From the IMG/VR virus record IMGVR_UViG_3300036401_000412: a DNA stretch of 64,000 nt; one strand, 5' to 3'. Numbering within the stretch: the first letter of the stretch is position 1; each line of letters begins with the position of its first letter. Source of the DNA: an uncultured virus (IMG/VR IMGVR_UViG_3300036401_000412) (lineage: Duplodnaviria; Heunggongvirae; Uroviricota; Caudoviricetes). Shown piece after piece: positions 8,992-19,700 of this stretch. Under the pieces are notes generated by a model that made no database searches, was not told the origin of the DNA, and worked only from the letters and a program-made list of their open reading frames with translations. The translations under genes were made by a program, and so were the position numbers.

Positions 8992-9558
8992 TTATGCGAT
9001 CGTAACGCTGTTGGACGGTGGCGCGGCGGTTGAGCCGAGCGCGTTGGTCGCGGTCACGACACAGACGGCGGACTTACCGACATCGCCGGGCGTGACGGTG
9101 TAATCTGCCGCGTTGGTTCCGACATCATCACCATCGATCTGCCACTGATAGGCATAGCTGTCAGGAACGTTGTTCCAGTTGCCCATCGTGCAATTCAAAA
9201 TGCTGCCACGTTGTTCGGCATACGGCACATCGCGGTTGACCGGCGGTGCCGACGGTGGCTCGGGTGGTGCAGCCGCCTCCAACCCGAGTTCATAGCCGTG
9301 GGTGTTCATGGGATCGGCGTGATGCGCGATCTCATCCTCGGTGGTGATCCTGACGAACGCGGCCATATCCGGGTTGGATGCGAGCCATTCCTCCAGCACC
9401 GTCTGATCGACATCATAGGTGATGCCGTAACCGTTGACCGCGCCGGGATCGCGTTCACCGACGATGACGCACGTGGACTGGCGATCGTCGCTGCGGATTT
9501 GCACCGCCATCGGCAGCTTCGACGCGACGATGACGGAGGGAGGTGCGGTGCCGGACAT
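8992..9558 (-). CDS. Putative head-associated protein, paralog 2 (C-terminal Ig-like domain)
   Basis: Shared N-domain plus APPVN…CTMGNW…YAYQW…YTVTPGDVG…CVVTATN, an Ig-like pattern. Confidence 0.75.
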   Translation of the reverse strand: MSGTAPPSVIVASKLPMAVQIRSDDRQSTCVIVGERDPGAVNGYGITYDVDQTVLEEWLASNPDMAAFVRITTEDEIAHHADPMNTHGYELGLEAAAPPEPPSAPPVNRDVPYAEQRGSILNCTMGNWNNVPDSYAYQWQIDGDDVGTNAADYTVTPGDVGKSAVCVVTATNALGSTAAPPSNSVTIA

Positions 9559-9570
9559 GGGGCTTCCTTT

Positions 9571-9996
9571 TCAGGTGGCGGCAGTCTCGATCTTGCGCTT
9601 GAACTCGGCCGGCAGGTTCTTCGGATCGACCGGCTCCATCCCGCTCAGTTCACTGCGATGGTCCTGCGCCTGGGCGACGGCGCTGGCGTGCTTCTCGTGG
9701 CCGAACACCAGCCCCTTCACCACGTAGTCACTGGTCTTGTTCTGCTCCAGCCAGAGCGCGAACAGATCAGCGTCAACGCCATGCGTGAGGCCGGCGCCGT
9801 GGATGATCTGGTGCGCGGGGTCCTGCCCGAGCTTACGGGCAGGGCCGTTGAGCTTGTGCGACCATTCGGTGGGGCGTGAGCGCGTCACCGTCTTCATGCC
9901 GCCACCCATCACCGGCACCTCGAAACTCTCCGGCACGAACACCCGCAGCACGAGGCCGGTGGGGATTTTGCAGGCGACGGTCATGGTCTCCGGCAT
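9571..9996 (-). CDS. Conserved post-capsid protein, paralog 1
   Basis: Follows the major capsid gene. Motifs VACKIPTGL…GLTHGVDADLFALW…SGMEPVDP. Confidence 0.75.
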   Translation of the reverse strand: MPETMTVACKIPTGLVLRVFVPESFEVPVMGGGMKTVTRSRPTEWSHKLNGPARKLGQDPAHQIIHGAGLTHGVDADLFALWLEQNKTSDYVVKGLVFGHEKHASAVAQAQDHRSELSGMEPVDPKNLPAEFKRKIETAAT

Positions 9997-9998
9997 CG

Positions 9999-11042
9999 TT
10001 ACACTCCCAGCATCTGCGAGAATGCCAGCGGATAGCGGATGATCGCGCCCCAGGTGCCGCCGGTTTTCTTCTGCGCGTAGCTCGACAGGCTGCGCACCAG
10101 CGCGTGGTCACGCGACTTCTCGTTGAAGCCGCAATAGCCGGTTTTCTTGCCATCGAACTCGCTGGCGATCAGTTGGATGACGTTGCCGGACACCGTCGCA
10201 TAGCGCGGGTCGGACACGTATTCGATGTTCGGGAACGACTCCTTGATAAAGGCGCGGATGGTGATGCCGAAGCTGTTGATCGCGGTGAGCGCGCCAGCGA
10301 CGGTGTTTGGGTAGACCAGCTTCATCGGCGTGTCCTGGGTGATGTAGCCCTGTGACACCGTCGCCAGTTGATTGAACAGCGACTGGAAATCCACATAGAT
10401 TTCCTCGGCCGTCGCGTTCACCACACCGGCCGCGACCCACTTCACGCCGCCGGCCTGCTTGGTCGAGGGCGTCAGTGCCGCCGGCAACGACGGATCGTTG
10501 AGGATGCCGTAATTGAGCAGCCCCGAGATGCCGTTGTGATAGGTCAGATCGAGGAACTTATCGAGCGTCTTGGTGGCGCTCTGTTGTTTCTCGGAAACGA
10601 GTTCCAGCTTGGCGGCGCCGGCCCGCTCCACCTCCAGATCACCGTATTCGATGATTGTCTGGAACAGATACGCCTGCCGCTGTTCCCAGTTCTCGTTGAC
10701 GTCCGAACGGCCGACGGTGTTGTAGTCGCCATAGCTGCTGACTTCACCGACATTCTCGACCACCGGGATGAAGATCGTCTGATCGACCCACGTCCCTTTC
10801 TTCTGCTCGCCGAGGATTTCGCTGCCCTTGTTGGGGGCTTGCAGGATGCGCACCACCTCGGGATCGACCAACTGGGTGAAGAACGCCGGGATGCCGGCGT
10901 TCGGGGTGCTGATCAAGGCCGGCTGGGCGTCTTCCGCCAGTTGGAAATCGGGCGGCATCCAATCCATAGCGAACGGCATGACGATGCCCCATTCCCGCTC
11001 CAGGCGGGCGGCGTCGCGAGCGAAAGTGGGACTGCGGACCAT
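9999..11042 (-). CDS. Major capsid protein (DUF2184-like)
   Basis: About 347 aa. ATG at 11042 with a GGAG SD. Motifs YGILNDP and GTWGAIIRYP. Confidence 0.9.
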   Translation of the reverse strand: MVRSPTFARDAARLEREWGIVMPFAMDWMPPDFQLAEDAQPALISTPNAGIPAFFTQLVDPEVVRILQAPNKGSEILGEQKKGTWVDQTIFIPVVENVGEVSSYGDYNTVGRSDVNENWEQRQAYLFQTIIEYGDLEVERAGAAKLELVSEKQQSATKTLDKFLDLTYHNGISGLLNYGILNDPSLPAALTPSTKQAGGVKWVAAGVVNATAEEIYVDFQSLFNQLATVSQGYITQDTPMKLVYPNTVAGALTAINSFGITIRAFIKESFPNIEYVSDPRYATVSGNVIQLIASEFDGKKTGYCGFNEKSRDHALVRSLSSYAQKKTGGTWGAIIRYPLAFSQMLGV

Positions 11043-11085
11043 GACGGTATCTCCTACTCGGTGGGTGGGGTGACGCGCGCGGTGC

Positions 11086-11601
11086 TCAGCCGAGCAGGCC
11101 ACTGCTCATCTTGATCAGTTCATTGGGACCGCCTGCGGTGGCGGCGATGAACTTGGTCTCGGTGAAGTTGGCAATGGTCGCGCCAGCGGCGGCGAATTGC
11201 GTGCCTGCATTGTTGGTGTTGCCGGCGAACGCCTTCATGCCGACCACCACCGCGCCCGCGCCTTTGTTGCGCACCCAGAAATCACCGCTGGTGAACGCAT
11301 TGCCGACCGGGAAGCCGGACGGGATGAAGAACGTCGCGCCACCGGGTGAGCCGGAACCATACATAAGGCCGTTGAATCCGGTCAGCACGTTAGCGATGAA
11401 CGCACTCGGCAGCCCGGCCCCGGTTCCCGACAGCAGTGTGTTGGTCGCGTCGACCCAGGCGAACTGGGCAATGAACACGCCGCCCGCACCGGCCTTGAAG
11501 CCACCCTCCACCGAGAGCAGCGAGCGACGCGGGTTGGTCGACGCAAACTGACCATCGACGGCCAGCGCCTGAGTGATGTTGATAGCGGTTTGAAACGTCA
11601 T
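11086..11601 (-). CDS. Capsid decoration/cement protein
   Basis: Between scaffold and capsid genes. Motifs FQTAIN…GQFASTNP…GDFWV. Confidence 0.75.
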   Translation of the reverse strand: MTFQTAINITQALAVDGQFASTNPRRSLLSVEGGFKAGAGGVFIAQFAWVDATNTLLSGTGAGLPSAFIANVLTGFNGLMYGSGSPGGATFFIPSGFPVGNAFTSGDFWVRNKGAGAVVVGMKAFAGNTNNAGTQFAAAGATIANFTETKFIAATAGGPNELIKMSSGLLG

Positions 11602-11616
11602 CGATGCCTCCTGCTA

Positions 11617-13173
11617 TTAGTGCTTGACCAAGCGGTTGGCATTGGGGAACCGCTCCAGGTAATCCTTGTTGCCACTGGCATCCATCGCGTGATGCGGCAT
11701 GCCGTTGCGCGGTTGCGGTTCACCGGGCTTGGGGATTTTGCCGAGCAACGCCTTGTAGGCGGACGGATGGATGTCTTTGACATCCTCGCCCATCTGCTCC
11801 AGCGCAAACTTGTAAACCTCGGTGGCGCTGTCCATCGCCACCGCGATGTCACCGACCCACGGCCGCACGAAGGTCTTCGCAAGGTCGCGGGCGTTCAATC
11901 GTTCGGTGGTCTTGCTGATCGCATCGGTGACGGCTTTCTGAATGGCCGCGTCCATCGCGACCTTGGTGACCGGCGTCTTGTCCATCGCGGGGGTATCTCC
12001 ATTCCTGGCGGTGTCGGGCTTGGGGATCACGCCATCCTCATCAGCGGCGCCGTCCAGTTTCTTGTCGTCGTTGCCGTCGCCGTTGTCGGCACTGCCGCCG
12101 TTGCTGTTGCCGTTGCCGTTGCCGTTGTCCGGCGGAGCGGCGGGTTTCAGTGCCTTCAGGATGATCGCCAACGTTTCGTCGTCGACCTTGCCGGCAAGCG
12201 CCGCCTGCACGGTCGCAGCGACATCACCGCCGCCACCGCCGGCATTGGGATCGCCGTTGCCGTTGGCTGGATCGCTGCCCTCGGCGGCCGCACCGCCGAC
12301 CGCGAGGCCGCCGCCACCGTTGGGGTCACCGCCGCCATTGGGATCGGCTGCCGGATCATCGGTCGGGGCCGCCGCGCCTGCGCTGCCGAGATGCTCATGG
12401 ATGTGCACCTCGGCGTCGTTCGCCATCTTGCCCTTGAGCGCACGCGTGAGCGCGGCCTCGATCTCGGGCCGCTTCTCGGTCCAGTTCTTCGCCGTGGTGC
12501 CGGCGAGGATTTTCTTGAGGTCGGGCGGCTTCTGATCCTGCGCCATCTTCGGCGCGAGATAGGCGTGGGTCGAGCCGGCAATGAATGCCGCATAGGGCGA
12601 CAGGCGCATCATGATCTCCTTCGGTTTGCTGTCCATCACCACGACGTCGCTGCCGGCGCGCCCGTCCTGCACGAGTGCCACGTGATTGCCGATGATCTCC
12701 GTCATCACGCCGTCGTATTGCTGACCCAGGTAGTTGCCGGGGGTCATCACCGGTGTGTAACGATATGCGCTGCTCAGTTCGCGCATCTGGCCGGTCTCGA
12801 TCAGCGCGATTGCGTGGCTCGACCAGAACACCAGCGAGTTGTCGAGGTAGGGCGCGCGCCATGTCGCGTCGGTGCCGGTGGAGCCGATCACCCGCTCGCG
12901 GTTTTCGTCCTGTGCAGTGACCGGAATGTGCTGGTCGAGGATTTTCAGGTTGTTGAAAGTGGCGGCTGCCTTCTGCAATTCCGCCGGATGGCGCAGCAAC
13001 TGATACATGCGATAGGGATCGAGACCGAGTTGCTGCCAGCCCGGTATTTCCCGGCCGTGGTAACCGTTCACGCATGCCTTGGTGATGTGGCTGACCGCGA
13101 CATGCAGGTGACCGTCGCGGTCGTAGCTGCGCACCGAGCGATCGAGTGCCATCGTGATGGCGTCAAATGGCAT
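11617..13173 (-). CDS. DUF2213 prohead protease/scaffold protein
   Basis: Motifs RSYDRDGHL, RELSSAY and NHVALVQDGRAG, followed by a low-complexity scaffold-like C-terminal half. Confidence 0.88.
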   Translation of the reverse strand: MPFDAITMALDRSVRSYDRDGHLHVAVSHITKACVNGYHGREIPGWQQLGLDPYRMYQLLRHPAELQKAAATFNNLKILDQHIPVTAQDENRERVIGSTGTDATWRAPYLDNSLVFWSSHAIALIETGQMRELSSAYRYTPVMTPGNYLGQQYDGVMTEIIGNHVALVQDGRAGSDVVVMDSKPKEIMMRLSPYAAFIAGSTHAYLAPKMAQDQKPPDLKKILAGTTAKNWTEKRPEIEAALTRALKGKMANDAEVHIHEHLGSAGAAAPTDDPAADPNGGGDPNGGGGLAVGGAAAEGSDPANGNGDPNAGGGGGDVAATVQAALAGKVDDETLAIILKALKPAAPPDNGNGNGNSNGGSADNGDGNDDKKLDGAADEDGVIPKPDTARNGDTPAMDKTPVTKVAMDAAIQKAVTDAISKTTERLNARDLAKTFVRPWVGDIAVAMDSATEVYKFALEQMGEDVKDIHPSAYKALLGKIPKPGEPQPRNGMPHHAMDASGNKDYLERFPNANRLVKH

Positions 13174-13206
13174 GGGAGAACCTCGCGATTCAGCGCATGG
13201 CCGAGA

Positions 13207-13407
13207 TCATTGCCAAAGCTTCGCCCTGACCGCGTTGTCCTTCGCCTCGACCAGCTTGCGCACCATCACGGTGCGTTCCGGGTTGCGCGGCAGCAGATCG
13301 ACCATATCGTTGGCCAGCTTGGCGAACGGCTCGACGATCGACTTGAGATCGTCGCGCAGGTGCGCGGTGGCGAAGAACTGCAACAACGGCTCTTGATCGC
13401 TGGTCAT
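13207..13407 (-). CDS. Small helical-hairpin protein, possibly Acb2/Tad1-like
   Basis: 66 aa: LLQFF..AHL…PF..LA…LPRNPERT…RKLVEAKD.AVRA. Confidence 0.6.
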   Translation of the reverse strand: MTSDQEPLLQFFATAHLRDDLKSIVEPFAKLANDMVDLLPRNPERTVMVRKLVEAKDNAVRAKLWQ

Positions 13408-13410
13408 GGT

Positions 13411-13791
13411 TCACCCCAGAACTGGCGCGACCGTCATGGTGAGGTCACGAATGTATAGACGGCCCTGATAGGTGGTGTTCACCATCAAGGTCACCCAGTA
13501 GGGCACGCCGGCCGAGCCTTGCGGCGCGGTGAAGCCCACCGTGATGCGCAGACCAGACACGTCGAGCGAGTTGGGCCAGTTGGCACCGGCCAGCTTGAGA
13601 TCGCTGGATGTCATCGCTTCGTCGTCGACGCGCGCGATGGCGATGGTCACGGCGGTGATGTCGGGGATGCTGTCACCCACCACGCCGAGATCGGTCGAAA
13701 CGTCGATATAGCGCCCGTCGGTCTCGCCCGCGCGGAGCGGCGGGATCGGCACCGGGTTATAGTTGGGCGCGCTGCACGCATCGAAGCTCAT
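13411..13791 (-). CDS. Fibre adaptor/base-like protein
   Basis: Coupled (ATGA) to the giant repeat gene. Beta-sandwich-like pattern D.RYID…GDSI…G..Y.VT…T..GR…R. Confidence 0.55.
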   Translation of the reverse strand: MSFDACSAPNYNPVPIPPLRAGETDGRYIDVSTDLGVVGDSIPDITAVTIAIARVDDEAMTSSDLKLAGANWPNSLDVSGLRITVGFTAPQGSAGVPYWVTLMVNTTYQGRLYIRDLTMTVAPVLG

Positions 13792-16700
13792 ACCGTGACA
13801 CTCCGTCGGGTGGGCGGCAGCGTCACGTCGCCGCCGGTCTGCGGCGGGATCGCCGCACCGCGTGGCGTCGGTGGCAGATAGACCCCGAGGGCCGCGACCC
13901 GCTCGCGCGGGATATGCGGATCGGTGCGGAGTCTACCGGCGCCATCGATCCGTGCCTCGGCATAGACCAGGGTATGCACCACCACCTGATCGCGGACCTG
14001 CCCGACGCCGGCAATATGGGCGCTGGCCAGCACCAGTCGATGCAGCGCCGCCCGCACCCGACCCAGCCCGATAATCCGCGCGCGGGCCGGGTGAGCGACA
14101 TGGGCGATTGCATGCACGGCACCGTGGCCGCCAATGCGCGCCCGTGCGCTGGCGTGGAACCACCCGGGGATCGGGAACTGCCGCAGCAACCCGTGACCAT
14201 CGATCCGCGCGGCGGCATGGATCGCCTCATGCACATCGCTGTCGGCATGCACTGCGCCGAGACCGTGGATACGCGCCGAGGCATGGACGCTTTGCAGCAC
14301 GTCGCTGACCGCCGCCGCGAGGTGACCGCTGCCGGTGATGCGCGCCGAGGCGTGCACGTAATGACGCACCTGGGCGTTGGCATGAACGCCGCCGTGACCG
14401 GTGAGGATAGCACCGGCCACGCGCGGCGCCTTGACGGCATCGGCCCTAACCAAACCTCTGCCGCCAACCCGGGCATCGGCGGGCGCGTGGATACTCCCAC
14501 GAGCCACAGCGCGGCCGATGCCGGTAAGCACAGCCGCTATTACGGCATGCAGCCGGGCGCGGGTGACGCGGAGCGAGCCGGTGCCGTGGATTACCGCCGC
14601 CGCCGGATGCGTCTGATGCACCTGGGTGGCGTTGGCCTGGACTCTACCGACACCGACGATGGCGGCGCCGTCGCGCACCTCGTGGGTGCCGTTGGCGTCG
14701 ATGTAGCCCCGGCCGAAGATCACCGCGCCTGCCGGGATCACCCGGGCGCCCGTGGCGCGCACACTACCGACGCCGTTGAGCCGGCTGGCCGCCATGCGGG
14801 CCGCCACCGAGGCATGGGCGGCAACCCGCCCGGTGCCCACGATCGCCGCCTCGGCGAACTGCGCCGGACGGCCGTGGGTATCGAGGTCGCCCTCGCCGGC
14901 CAGCAACGCGGCGGCATCCCGCCGGGCCGTCGTGGTGGCCCTGAGTGCACCTGTCCCGTCGATCCGCGCCGCCGCCGGCACGGTGAAATGGCCCGAGGTC
15001 GCGGCGCGCACGCTGCCGGTGCCGGCGATCCGCGCGGTGGCCGCATGGATTTCGGCGCTGACCTTGGCGCGCAGCAGACCGATGCCGTGCAGCGTTGCCC
15101 GGGCGGCGAAGGCGAGGTGTGCGGTCATCCGCACGCGACCGGTGCCAGCGATCCGCGCCGCCGCCGGATGCGATTCCACCGCCGCTAGGCTGACGCCGCC
15201 GACGCCCCGGATACGGGCCGCAGCGGTGGCAATCACGGTGGCGCTCGCCGCGATATGCCCGACCGCGCCGATCGGCGCGACGCGCAGCACCCGGGCGCGC
15301 AGCGCCGGCATGGCGACGAACACCCCGCCGCGTCCCGCGATCAGCCCGGCGGCCGGGGTCTGCCCGAGATACAGCGCCGCCGCCTGCACGCCGCCTATGC
15401 CGTTGATGCGGGCGGCCGCCTCGCGGTTAGCCGTGATGGTGGCGAGCACCGCGCCGACGCCGTCGATCCGCGCGGCGATGAGATTGAGGCCGCCGCCGGC
15501 TGCCGCCACGGCGCCGACGCCGTCGATCCGCGCGCTGGCCGGCACGATGGCGCCGAGCCGGATCGCCTGCGCCGCAAGCGTCCCGACGCCCGCAATGGTG
15601 GCGCTGGCAGGCCGCTGCACCAGGGCATCGACGCGCAGGCTGCCAACCCCCGCCAGTCGCGCCTGGGCGGGCGTGGCGCCCTGCACGGCGGCGCGCACGC
15701 TACCGGCGCCGTCGATCTCGGCAGCGGCCTGGGCGGGCACCGCAGCGGCGGCACGCACCGTCCCGAGACCATCGATCCGGGCGTTGGCCGGGCGTTGCAC
15801 CAAACCGTCGGCGCGCAGCGCGCCGAGGCCGTCGATCCGGGCAGCGCCTTCATCCTCGCCGAGCGTATCGGCGGTGAGCGAACCCTGACCCGCGATGCGG
15901 GCCTGGGCGGGCAACAGAAGCTGGGCGGTGGCAGCGACGCCGGCATCACCGGTTATCCGGGCCACGCCGGCCCTGCGGGGCACGCTGTCGGCCGTGAGGC
16001 TGCCAGTGCCGGCGATCCCAGCCCCGGCCGGGAGCGCCGCCCTGGAGACCGCCGTGACGCCGCCTGTGCCGGCGATCAGCGCGGCCGCCTGCACCACCGC
16101 CGTGGCGACGGTGAGCACGAAGCCCTCGCCGGGAATGACCTGTGAGCCGGACGGATGTTGTGCCAGACCGTCGGCGCGGACCTGACCGAGGCCCGCGATC
16201 AGCGCGGCGCCCAGCATTTGTGCAACAGCCGTTGCACGAATGGTGCCGACGCCGTCGATCTCGGCGAGCGCTTGGCGCAGTTGCGCCACCCGCTGGGCGT
16301 CCCCGGTGGGGAACCCCTCGCCATCGATCTCGGCAGACGCGCGCGCGCGCGCGGATGCCAACGCGACGAACGAACCGAGGCCGTCGATCCGACCGAGCGC
16401 CGGGCGCAGACCCATGCCGGGCGCGGTGATGAACCCCTCGCCGTCGATCTCGGCGAGACCCGCAACGCGCACGGTGGCGGTCGCAGACACCGAGCCGATG
16501 CCCGCGACCGCTGCCGTGGCGCCCCGGGCAGGAACCGCATTGGCCCTGAGACTGCCCTGACCGTCGATCTCTAGCTGAGCAAGCTGCGCCCCGGTAGGCA
16601 GGATGTTGCAACTGCCGACGCCGTTGAGCCGCGCCGCCGCGAGCAGGATGGCGCCACCGATGGCACGCACTGTGCCGACGCCGTCAATCCGGGCCTGGGT

Positions 16701-19700
16701 CGGCCGCAGCGGCGTTGCGGTGGCGAGCACGAAGCCCTCGCCGTCGATCTCCAGCGTGATCAGCGCCCGGGTGGTGAGCGCCGGGATAACGAAGCCCTCG
16801 CCGTCGATCTCGGCGGACGCGGCGCGTGCCGGTCTCGCATCGACCTGTAGCGAACCGAGACCGGCGATCCGCGCCTGGGCAGGCAACAAACGACCGGGCG
16901 AGGTGGTGACGAAGCCCTCGCCGTCGATCTCGCCAGCGGCGGGCAACAGCAGTCGCGCGCCGGCATCGATGCCGCGCATCCACGGCCCGAATATGCCAGC
17001 TGGCGGCAGGATTAGCTGGGTGGCGAGTGCGCCCCATTCCTGTTGCAGCCCACCGATCCGCAACGTGAAATCGATCGCCAGCGAGCCTGCGTTGAAGAAC
17101 GCGTAAATGACCGGAACCATAAAAGCTCCGGTCGCGGATGAGGTCCACGACACCGCGAACCTTTGGGTGCCGAGCGTCACGCCGCCGGGTAAAGTGAACA
17201 GGACAGCGTTGCCACTAATATAGGTCTGGTCGCTGGCGCGATCCTGTTGAGAAAGCTGCACCCGGTTGACGTTGGTGAGGTCGCCTCCCACCAAGCGGCA
17301 ATAGAGCGAGGATGTTGAGGTAAGACCGGGGAAGCTTTGCGGCTGATTGGGGCCGATAGCGCCTTCTGGCAGAATATAAGAATTTGCTGTCGCCGTTGAT
17401 ATACCATGCCAGCGGATATCGACGTAGGACAGCCCGTCCTCGACGCCGATGCTGACAACATCCCACGCCATCGGATCGCCACCAACCACCCAGAAGGTCG
17501 GACGCAAGCCACCCGATCCGACGACACCGACGACCGCGCCTTCCAGACGCGGGTTGCGGATGTAGTTGGTCTTGCCGCCGCCTTGGCCATCGATCTCGGC
17601 GGACGCGGCGACAAAGCGCGATGACACCGTGGCACGCACACCACCAACACCGTTGATCCGCGCGGCGGCCGCGCGCATCGGCTGGCCGTCAGCGGCGACA
17701 CTCCCGACGCCCGCGATGCGGGCCTGCGCCTGGGTGGCGAACGCCGACGGCGTCGCGGTGATAAAGCCCGCGCCGTCGATCTCGGCGGACGCCGGGCGCA
17801 ACGGTGTGACGTTGGCGCGCGGCGTGCCGACGCCGTCGATCTCGGCGGACGCGGCGCGGGTCGAGAACACCGTCGCGGCGAAACTACCAACCCCCGCGAT
17901 CCGCGCGCTGGTCGGCACCCGGCCGAGCGGAGCGGGCACCACGAAGCCCTCGCCGTCGATCTCGGCGAGACCGCGCATGGTTTGCGTGGGCGCCGCCGCC
18001 AGCGTGTCAGGCACCGCTGCCCAGAGCGAGGTGTAAAACGATGTCGCGGTCGGATCGACCGGGCGGCAGACCATGCTGAACGTGCCGGCGCCGACCGGTG
18101 ATGTCGGCAACTGATACGAAACCAGTTGCCACTGATTGGTCAGCGTGAGATCGGCGTATTGATCCGGCGTAAAGGGATAACTGAGGTTTGGATAAGCAAG
18201 CCCCTCGACGGGGAAATGCAGTTCGCTGCCCGCCCAGCCGGCCGGCAGCCACACCCACACGTTGATCGTGTAGGGGATGTTCAGTGGTCCGGTGGTGTTG
18301 CCCAGCGCGCCGCAGTTGGTGGCGTTGGTGCTGTTGAACGCGGTGTGTTTGAACACCAGCGAATTGTCGCCAAATGGCGACGGAATGTCGGTCGAGACGA
18401 CGCACGTATTGGGCGTTTGTGGCCCTGGCGTTCCTCTCGCGTTGAGCCGGTTGCCTTCGCCGCCATTGATGACGGCGCGGGCGAATTGCAGGCCGCCACC
18501 GGTCGCGGAGACGAAGCCTTCGCCGTCGATCTCGGCTTGCGCGCCAGCCCGCACCACGGCGGTCGCCCGCACATTGCCGGCGCCACCGATCTGCCCTTGC
18601 GCGGTGGTGATTTTCGCCGCCGCCGCGCGCAGCGTGCCGACGCCGTTGATCTGGGCGAAATTCGCCACCGTCGGCATCGCCAGCAAGCCGCGTGTAAATG
18701 GGCCGAAATTCGCCGCGCTCGGCACAGCCACCGGGGTGCACACCGAACCGGCTTCCAACTGAATGCCGGCGATGCGCAGGGTGAAATCGACCGCCGCACC
18801 CTGGGTGTAGCCGAACGCAATGACCGGCCAGACATACCGCGTATCCGGATACGCGGTCGGCATCGTTCGATTGGCCAAGAAGAACCGTTGCAGCGACGCG
18901 GTGGGTGTGAAGTTGATCTGCCCGGTGCCGGCGAGATTAACCCCGGTCGCACTGATGGCGTAGAGTATCTGCCCCATCGCCACGTTGCCGGCGGCAAGCG
19001 AGCCACCGACCAGCGCCACATACATCGACATCGACCAGATCGCGCTGGGCTGGGTCGGGATCGCCGTGGTGAGATCGAGCCGAAGGGTATTACCGCTCGA
19101 CGTTGGCGTCGCGTTGAAGCGGATGTCGACGTAGTTCAGCGTCTTGGCGTCGTCATCGGTGACGACGGTGCCGGTGCCGACCACGGTCCAACTGGCTGCC
19201 GTGTTGCCCGCCGACCAGTTGGTCGGCAGCGTGCTGGTGCCGACGACGCCACCGATGCCGTTCGGATTGGTCATCCAATTCGTAAAACCACCGATGCCAT
19301 CGATGCGCGCCTGCGCCGCGACCAGCGTGGTGGGTTGCGCCAGCAACGCGCGCGTCGTTACTCCAGGCGAACCGAGCGGCGGCAGGATCGGCGGCGTGAC
19401 AACCGGGTTGCTTTCGAACTGCGGCGCGGCGATCCGCAACGTGAGATCGATCGCGTTGCCGATGGTAAGTTGGAACCACAGCACCGGACATACGCGGCGG
19501 ATCGTGGCGCCGACCGGGGTCACGCGGTTGCTGATCGAGAACCGCTGCAACGTCGCGGTCGGCGTGAATTGCGTTGAACCCGTGTTGGTAACAAGAGTGC
19601 CGGCCGTGGTGAGGTATAAAACGACCTGACCGACACTCAACAGATTGACGGTGGAACCACCAACCAGCGCCGCATGGACAGATTGCGACCAGCCATCACC

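Noticed and set aside
16100..18540. Recurrent ~21-nt DNA repeat GAAGCCCTCGCCGTCGATCTC, often 60 or 120 nt apart, resembling a CRISPR array
   Set aside because: It encodes the EIDGEGF protein repeat in frame within the 2946-aa ORF. The spacers are multiples of 3 and similar to each other, and no cas genes are present.
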